This document shows positions 58,361-64,000 of a DNA stretch of 64,000 nt, piece after piece. The stretch is taken from the NCBI GenBank assembly GCA_002328185.1, contig DCWQ01000021.1:31452-95451 (forward strand), given 5' to 3'. Position numbers and translations under genes: made by a program. The first letter of the stretch is position 1. Each line of letters starts with the position of its first letter. The notes beneath the pieces are model-generated. The model did no database searches. It was not told where the DNA came from and worked only from the letters and a program-made list of their open reading frames with translations. This stretch comes from Dehalococcoidia bacterium UBA2158. GTDB lineage: Bacteria > Chloroflexota > Dehalococcoidia > Lucifugimonadales > UBA3495.

Positions 58361-58542
58361 ATGAATGCAACGGCTCGAAAGGGAATCTTGGTTGGTGGCG
58401 AGCCCGCCTCGGCATAAATTGCGCCATCAGCGCTGCGGTGATCGAGGTCGTTAATTAGGGCCTGTTGGTGGTGGGAATCGTCGATGGATATAAACATCTG
58501 GCAAATGGCCGGACAGACGTGGTCCGGCCTTTGGGAATGTAA
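58361..58542 (+). pseudogene. N-terminal remnant of phosphofructokinase (PfkA/PPi-PFK family)
   Basis: GILVGGEPA/GINCAISAAVIEVVN*GLLVVGIVDGYKHL; one frameshift, one stop, truncated. Confidence 0.7.
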
Positions 58543-58641
58543 CCGGGAAGTAATCCAGCCGGTTCCTAATTCTCTTATTGGGCGTTTGGTGCTACTCTGC
58601 TCCCAGCCGCTAATGCAAACTGAAGTTTCGAGGGTCAGACG

Positions 58642-59496
58642 ATGGCAAGCACCGTCATAGAAAATTCTGTCGTTGCCTATCTAGGCAATGACGACAGCCC
58701 GGACATCTCCAACCCGATACATTCCACCGAAGTCGCGAAATCATATGGGTTCACCGGTCCCCTTGTGGGCGGAGTGACCGTTTGGGGCTGGGCGACGGAC
58801 ACGATTCTGGAAGCGCTTGGCGAGGACTGGTTGCAGGAAGGGTGGGCCGAGTATTCGTTCAGACAGCCGGTTTATCCAGGCGACGCTCTGCTGATCAGGG
58901 CCGTGCTGGGCGCAAGCGCTGATAGCGAGTCATGGGATGTGGAGATGATTAACCAGGCGCGCGAAGTGTGCGTAAATGGCAAGGTGGGCAACGGGAGGGC
59001 CGATTGGTCCCGAGAGCTCATACGGCCGAGTCATATGGAGCCGGTCGACGAATCCTCTGTAAAAGGCGCACTTACGCTTGAGAATGCCCAGCCTGGGAAG
59101 GACTGGTCGGCGGCGACTCTTGATTTCTCAGAGCAGGAATGCCGCGAATTCACAACTGAGAAGCAGCACACCGACAACCCTCTGTTCCTCGGCGCACGAG
59201 CCATCGCTCATCCTTCATGGACCGCAGGCTGGCCGGAGAAACTGATGCGCCACAATTTCGAAATTCCGACTTCGATGCATACAAGAAGCCGGGTGCAGCA
59301 CCTCAGCAAAATTCCAACGGGCACAATGGTCACCGGGGGCGCGCATCTTATTGACTCATATGAGCGGAAGGCCCATCATTTCGCGAATTTTGATGTTCTC
59401 ATGGTGGACCAGAGCGGGTCGGACCTCGCCCAGCTAAGACATTGGACCATCTTCAAGATCGCGACTTTGGCAGAGAGGGCAGAGATAGGTCTCTAG
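58642..59496 (+). CDS. Double hot-dog (MaoC-like) protein
   Basis: NPIHSTEVAKSYGFTGPLVGG, FRQPVYPGD. Confidence 0.75.
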   Translation: MASTVIENSVVAYLGNDDSPDISNPIHSTEVAKSYGFTGPLVGGVTVWGWATDTILEALGEDWLQEGWAEYSFRQPVYPGDALLIRAVLGASADSESWDVEMINQAREVCVNGKVGNGRADWSRELIRPSHMEPVDESSVKGALTLENAQPGKDWSAATLDFSEQECREFTTEKQHTDNPLFLGARAIAHPSWTAGWPEKLMRHNFEIPTSMHTRSRVQHLSKIPTGTMVTGGAHLIDSYERKAHHFANFDVLMVDQSGSDLAQLRHWTIFKIATLAERAEIGL

Positions 59497-59507
59497 AATG
59501 CGTTGCC

Positions 59508-59740
59508 CTAAGTGCCCATCAGATGGTCTTCGAACCAATCCAGGGATCTCATCCAGACCGCTTCGGCGGAATCTGGGCGATATCGGCTACCGGTGTCATT
59601 GAAGAATGGATGGCCGGCCCCTGGATAGGTTACCAACTTGTAGTCCTTCTGTTGGGCCATCAACTCCGCTTCCAGACTAGGCACTCCGCCGTTGATGCGA
59701 GCGCCCTCTCGGGCGTAGCATACCAGCACCGGCGCCTGAG
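59508..59740 (-). pseudogene. C-terminal remnant of dienelactone hydrolase
   Basis: APVLVCYA..RIN..YPGAGHPFFNDT..YRPDSAEAVW; N-terminal part absent. Confidence 0.75.
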
Positions 59741-59769
59741 TTGGAGAATCGGAGTGCCAGGGCTAACGG

Positions 59770-60870
59770 TTATATGCAGGCGTCACGGACGGCTTGGGAG
59801 ATGGCAGCCAGTCGGGCGTTGTTGGTAGGGCTGCCGCGGAATCCGTTGGTGATGTAGCCCACTGCTAGACCCGAGTCGAAGTCGGCCCATCCAATGGACG
59901 TTCCGGCCCCGCCGTGGCCAAAAGTATTCAGCGGGTTTCCGGTCGACTTTCCCATCCGTTCGTCCGCCAGAGCCAGGCCTAGGGACCGCTGGGCGAACAA
60001 GCCCAGAGATTGGTCGATGCCTTCAACTTGAAGCTCAACCGCTCCCTCGACCGTGGCTGACTGAACAATTGTTTCGCCATCCAACGATCCTTTGCGCTCC
60101 ATCATGGCGTAGAACCGGGCGAGGTCGCTGGCGGTGGCTACGCCGTTGGCACCGGGCACGATGCACCTCCATACTTCCGGACGACTGAACGTTCCGCTGT
60201 AGCCGCTGGTGTCGGCGTCATCTTCCATCAGGTGTATCGGTGAAATACGGCTTTCCAGCCCTGCCGGCAAGCCCACGTAGGTGTTTTCGATGCCTAGGGG
60301 AGCAGCTAGTTCTTCTGCGATGAACCTATCGAAGGTGCGGCCGTCGACGCGGCGGACGATCTCGGCGAGGACCCAGCCGTAGTTGATGGGGTGGTAGGCC
60401 AGCGTTTTGCCGGGGGGGTAGATGGTGGGCGCCTGTTCCATGGCGTGGGTGACCTTGCTCCAATCCGCCCAATCGGTCCAGAGCAGAGACTCGGGCGTTT
60501 GGGGAAATCCACCTCGGTGGGTAAGGATGTGGCGGATGGTCACGGTCTCTTTGCCGTTCTGGGCGAACTTCGGCCAATGTTTGGAAACCAAGTCGTCCCA
60601 GTCGATCTGGCCTCGTTCCTTCAGCATGTACATGCAAGATGCGGTCAGGGGCTTGGTGGATGACATCAGCACGAACATGGTGTCGCTGGTCACTGGCTCT
60701 GTGTTAGCGATACCGCCATATATGTCCAGAACCAGATTGCCGTACCGGTACACCGCCAGGCCGGCGCCCGGATGGAGGCCTTCATCGATCTGCCGCTGGA
60801 AAAGTTGGTTGACCTGTTCCAGCTTCTGGCTGTCCATTGCAACGGCGTCAGGCTTGGTTATTGTGGCCAT
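59770..60870 (-). CDS. Serine hydrolase, beta-lactamase/esterase family
   Basis: SSTK (SxxK), LTHRGG, AYHPINY, FGHGG. Confidence 0.9.
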   Translation of the reverse strand: MATITKPDAVAMDSQKLEQVNQLFQRQIDEGLHPGAGLAVYRYGNLVLDIYGGIANTEPVTSDTMFVLMSSTKPLTASCMYMLKERGQIDWDDLVSKHWPKFAQNGKETVTIRHILTHRGGFPQTPESLLWTDWADWSKVTHAMEQAPTIYPPGKTLAYHPINYGWVLAEIVRRVDGRTFDRFIAEELAAPLGIENTYVGLPAGLESRISPIHLMEDDADTSGYSGTFSRPEVWRCIVPGANGVATASDLARFYAMMERKGSLDGETIVQSATVEGAVELQVEGIDQSLGLFAQRSLGLALADERMGKSTGNPLNTFGHGGAGTSIGWADFDSGLAVGYITNGFRGSPTNNARLAAISQAVRDACI

Positions 60871-60921
60871 GGTGTCTCCTCTGGAATTAGCGTTGCTTGA
60901 TTCCCGACTACAGTTGTTCGG

Positions 60922-61482
60922 CTAAAGTTTCTTGACCGCGTCGCCGGGCTTTATTTCGCCGCTTTGTACCACCTTGAGATTGATACCGCGCAGCTGGAGC
61001 TCCTTTCCGATGGAGGAGCTGATCAACTTCAGGGCGTCGATGCCGAAGCGGGCAGCGAATTTCTCGCAGCCGGTGTGGGGCTGGTCGGTGGCCTCCAGGA
61101 TGGCGGCGCCGATGGAGACGCGGGTCCCGGGGGGCATGTTGGCCTTGCTGAGGTCGATGTCCGCGAACAACTGGTCGCCAGCCAACTGCCAGCGCGCCTT
61201 GTCCTGGGCCACCAGGTTGGCGACCCGGGAGTTCATGATGGTGACCTGCATGTCGGGGTGGGCCTTGCCGTCGCCGCTGCGGAGACTGGGCCGGTCCTGC
61301 CAGGTATCGCCGACCAACCCTACAGTGACGTCTAGGTCCGCCAGTTCCATAACCTCGCGGGCGTCCTCTTCGGGCCGACTCACGATCAGGTCCAGAACGC
61401 TCTGTTCCTGGGGCGAATTGCGTATGTCATCCAGGCCTGCTTCCAGTTCGGCCAAGCTCAGGTGCTTTATCTCTGCTTGCAT
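60922..61482 (-). CDS. MOSC domain protein
   Basis: GLVGD, AGDQL, PHTGCEKF, LRGIN. Confidence 0.85.
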   Translation of the reverse strand: MQAEIKHLSLAELEAGLDDIRNSPQEQSVLDLIVSRPEEDAREVMELADLDVTVGLVGDTWQDRPSLRSGDGKAHPDMQVTIMNSRVANLVAQDKARWQLAGDQLFADIDLSKANMPPGTRVSIGAAILEATDQPHTGCEKFAARFGIDALKLISSSIGKELQLRGINLKVVQSGEIKPGDAVKKL

Positions 61483-61539
61483 GGTGTTACTCCGTCGTAA
61501 ATCCAGGGAAAGTTTGGAGGGTAGTTTAGCATGAGTGGG

Positions 61540-62400
61540 CTAAACCTCGATCCGCATCAGCTCCTCTGAGAAGATGATCTGGCCGTCGTACATGGAAGTC
61601 ATCTCTTCTATGTGGCGGTCGAAGGGGGTGTCTTTGGAGAGGCTGGGGCCCATGTGGACCAGGACTAGCTTCTTGGCGCCTGCTTCTTGGGCGAGCTGGG
61701 CCGCGCCTGTAGTGCCGCATTGACCATTCGCCTCGTTGACGTTCTCCATCACCGACTGCTCGTCCCAGCACATGCAGAGCATCATGTCGGCGTCGCGGGC
61801 CAGTTCAAGGACCGTGTCGCAGGGCTGAGTGTCGCCGGTGAAGACCACGCTGCCCTCAGGCGTGTCCACTCGGTAGGCTAGGGAATCCAGGTAAGGCTGG
61901 GCGTGCTCAGCCAGGGCCGCCGTGACCTGCCAGTCTTTCCCCGAGGCAACCTCGCCGACCCCAATGTCCTTGGCCTTGGGCGCGGGCGGGATGCGGGGTA
62001 AGGTGCCGCCACGGTTCACGAAAACCTGCTGGCTGTAGGGGTGGTTCACCCGGGCCTGCCAGTCGGACTCGAAGGCACCGCCGACGCCAATGACCTTCTG
62101 GGTGATCTCCTCGGTCAGCTTGGGTCCGTAGACGTTCAGCTCCTGGCCGTGCCCGGCGGCCTGGTCCCAGCGGCAGAGCAGGAAACAGGGGTAGTCGATG
62201 TTGTGGTCGAAGTGGTGGTGGGTGAAAAAAAGGTTGTCCACTTGGGTGGGGTAGAGTCCGGCCTTGACCAGCTTATGGGTGGCTGCCGGGCCGCAGTCGA
62301 ACATCAGCACCTCATCCCCGATGCGCAAGACATGGGCGCTGCCGAACCGGAACTCAGTGGGTGTGGGCGTGCCTCCTCCCAGGACAAAAACCTCAACCAT
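61540..62400 (-). CDS. MBL-fold hydrolase, RNase Z/arylsulfatase-like
   Basis: FDCG, THHHFDH, FTGDT, LVLVH. Confidence 0.85.
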   Translation of the reverse strand: MVEVFVLGGGTPTPTEFRFGSAHVLRIGDEVLMFDCGPAATHKLVKAGLYPTQVDNLFFTHHHFDHNIDYPCFLLCRWDQAAGHGQELNVYGPKLTEEITQKVIGVGGAFESDWQARVNHPYSQQVFVNRGGTLPRIPPAPKAKDIGVGEVASGKDWQVTAALAEHAQPYLDSLAYRVDTPEGSVVFTGDTQPCDTVLELARDADMMLCMCWDEQSVMENVNEANGQCGTTGAAQLAQEAGAKKLVLVHMGPSLSKDTPFDRHIEEMTSMYDGQIIFSEELMRIEV

Positions 62401-62439
62401 GGCTCAACCTCTGGGCGTTTTGGAGAGGAATAGTATACC

Positions 62440-62835
62440 CTAGCCCTTTAGGTCGTCATCCAGGGGAATCTGGTACCCGTTGGCCAGGATGTTTGACTGG
62501 GTGGCCACGCCCACCACGGCTATCAACTCGCCAAGCATTTTGTCGGTCATGCCTTGCTTTCGGGCGGCGTCGGTGTGGCAGCGCAGGCAATACTCGCAGC
62601 CGTTGCTGGCGCTGACCGCCACGAAAACCATCTCCTTCACCAACAGATCCAAAGCCCCTGGCGCCATGGCCTGCTTGACGCTCTCCCAGGTTCGCTTGAG
62701 CGTCGGCGGATGGTTGGCGATGTGCTTCCAGAAGTTGTTGATATCGTCGACGCCGCGGGTGGTTTTGATGTCGTCGTAGACAGCCCGGACAACGGGGCCT
62801 GCGTCGGCGTAGTGGACGGGGTTGGACTGGGGCAT
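62440..62835 (-). CDS. AhpD/carboxymuconolactone decarboxylase family protein (CxxC)
   Basis: KEMVFVAVSASNGCEYCLRCH. Confidence 0.9.
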   Translation of the reverse strand: MPQSNPVHYADAGPVVRAVYDDIKTTRGVDDINNFWKHIANHPPTLKRTWESVKQAMAPGALDLLVKEMVFVAVSASNGCEYCLRCHTDAARKQGMTDKMLGELIAVVGVATQSNILANGYQIPLDDDLKG

Positions 62836-62865
62836 CTTGTCTCCTATGGAGCCGGCGCTTGCCGG

Positions 62866-63459
62866 TCAAAGAACTGATTCAAGGTCCGATTTGAGTTTGC
62901 GGATGGACTCGAACACCAGGCCGTTGATGCCGATGTTGCTTGCCGACCGGACGTTTTCCGGCCGGTCGTCGATGAAGACGCAATTTTCGGGAGATGCCCA
63001 GAGTCCGTACAGAACATGATGGAAGTAGGCCGGGTCCGGTTTCAACAACGCCATCTCGTAGGATAGGAAAAATTGCTGAAATGTACCCATGACGCTGAAG
63101 TTCTCCCTGGCGAACGCGAGATGGATTGCATCGGTGTTGGAGGCGAGGGCCAGGCTGTGTTCTGAGCCCAGCTCCGCCACAAAAGATGCCATGTCATCGT
63201 CGGCGCTGAGGATTCCGTTCCAGATGTCGATGAAAGGGTCGAAGGGGATGTCGGCGCTGATCTTGGCGCAGAGGGCCTGGTGGAATTCCCCAGGAGTTAA
63301 GTGGCCCAGCATGGACAGCTTGACGATCGGCCCGTTCTGGACCTCTGCCATCACGGCGTCGTAGGTCTGGCTGGAGAGATCGGTAAGGGGGGCACAGACC
63401 TTATCCCAGTCCAGGTTCACCAGGACGCCTCCAAGGTCGAATATGATGGTTTTGGCCAT
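62866..63459 (-). CDS. HAD phosphatase (YihX-like)
   Basis: FDLGGVL, SNT, KPDP, FIDD. Confidence 0.9.
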   Translation of the reverse strand: MAKTIIFDLGGVLVNLDWDKVCAPLTDLSSQTYDAVMAEVQNGPIVKLSMLGHLTPGEFHQALCAKISADIPFDPFIDIWNGILSADDDMASFVAELGSEHSLALASNTDAIHLAFARENFSVMGTFQQFFLSYEMALLKPDPAYFHHVLYGLWASPENCVFIDDRPENVRSASNIGINGLVFESIRKLKSDLESVL

Positions 63460-63534
63460 GCTTACCCTGCTGAGTCGGTCGGGTTTGACGGTTTAATATT
63501 AACGCAATTTCAGGTTCATATGACGCTGTTCATC

Positions 63535-63617
63535 TGCCACCCTGAGCGAAGAGAAAGGTCTGACAAGACTGTGCGCGGTAGATTCTTCGTCGGGCTAGGG
63601 CGCTCCTCAGAATGACA
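63535..63617. repeat. REP-like inverted pair
   Basis: tgccaccctgagcgaagagaaaggtct ... agattcttcgtc..ctcagaatgaca. Confidence 0.6.
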
Positions 63618-63724
63618 TTTAACGAGGGCTTTGATTGTGCCTGGGATTTTGTGTAATATCGCCGAACCAACCGGTGGTCTCATTATCTCTAAGTTTCGGT
63701 CCCCGAGTAATTAAAGGAGCTTTC

Positions 63725-64000
63725 ATGGCCTACCAGATGTACGTTTCGCTGCAGGGCGACAACCGGATAGTCAGGTTTCTGATGGACCCGTCGACGGGCA
63801 GCCTTCAGCCCAACGGCGCGGTCGAGATACCCGGCGGCCCTGCGCCTCTTACGTTCAGTCCGGATCGTACTGTCATGTATGTTGGGCAGCGGGACGGGCT
63901 ACTGCTTTCCAGCTTTAATGTCGACCAAAAGTCCGGCGATCTGACCTTCACCGGCAGTGTCGAGTTGGGCGGCGAGCCTTGCTATCTTTCCACCGACCAC
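63725..64000 (+). CDS. 6-phosphogluconolactonase-like beta-propeller lactonase, partial
   Basis: MAYQMYVSLQGDNRI..GGPAPLTFSPDR..MYVG..GEPCYLSTD; AAGGAG RBS. Confidence 0.8.
   Translation, partial: MAYQMYVSLQGDNRIVRFLMDPSTGSLQPNGAVEIPGGPAPLTFSPDRTVMYVGQRDGLLLSSFNVDQKSGDLTFTGSVELGGEPCYLSTDH

Noticed and set aside
59770-62400. Beta-lactamase and MBL-fold genes as antibiotic resistance determinants
   Set aside because: Motifs fit esterase-type serine hydrolase and RNase Z/sulfatase-like families, in a metabolic context with no mobile element

Overview
Gene-dense, GC-rich bacterial chromosome segment with about 65 CDSs. No rRNA, tRNA, CRISPR array or intact mobile element was recognised. Gene content (Rieske oxygenases, extradiol dioxygenases, an LLM monooxygenase, class III CoA-transferases, many tandem paralogues, an archaellum-gene remnant) points by inference to Chloroflexota/Dehalococcoidia, probably SAR202. 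Main blocks: ABC exporter, speD-like/speB, iscS, M20 pair, lutABC, a Rieske alpha/alpha/beta + BphC-type aromatic operon, a ComDE-like/CoA-transferase/Ltp2-DUF35 operon, a CarAa-like Rieske + two DesZ/LigB-like dioxygenases, lsrF and assorted catabolic enzymes. The best hidden signal is an AhpD-like gene (51030-51701) that the ORF track splits in two. It reads through an in-frame TGA exactly at the second Cys of the CxxC motif (C-R-F-TGA-T-V-A-H) and is followed by a SECIS-like hairpin, so it is a probable selenoprotein; a Cys-containing relative lies at 62440-62835. Also found: about nine unannotated pseudogene remnants (including arlH/flaH and phosphofructokinase), a catalytically degenerate MNT-HEPN pair and several families of intergenic REP-like palindromes. 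All family calls come from recognising motifs by eye; no searches were run.
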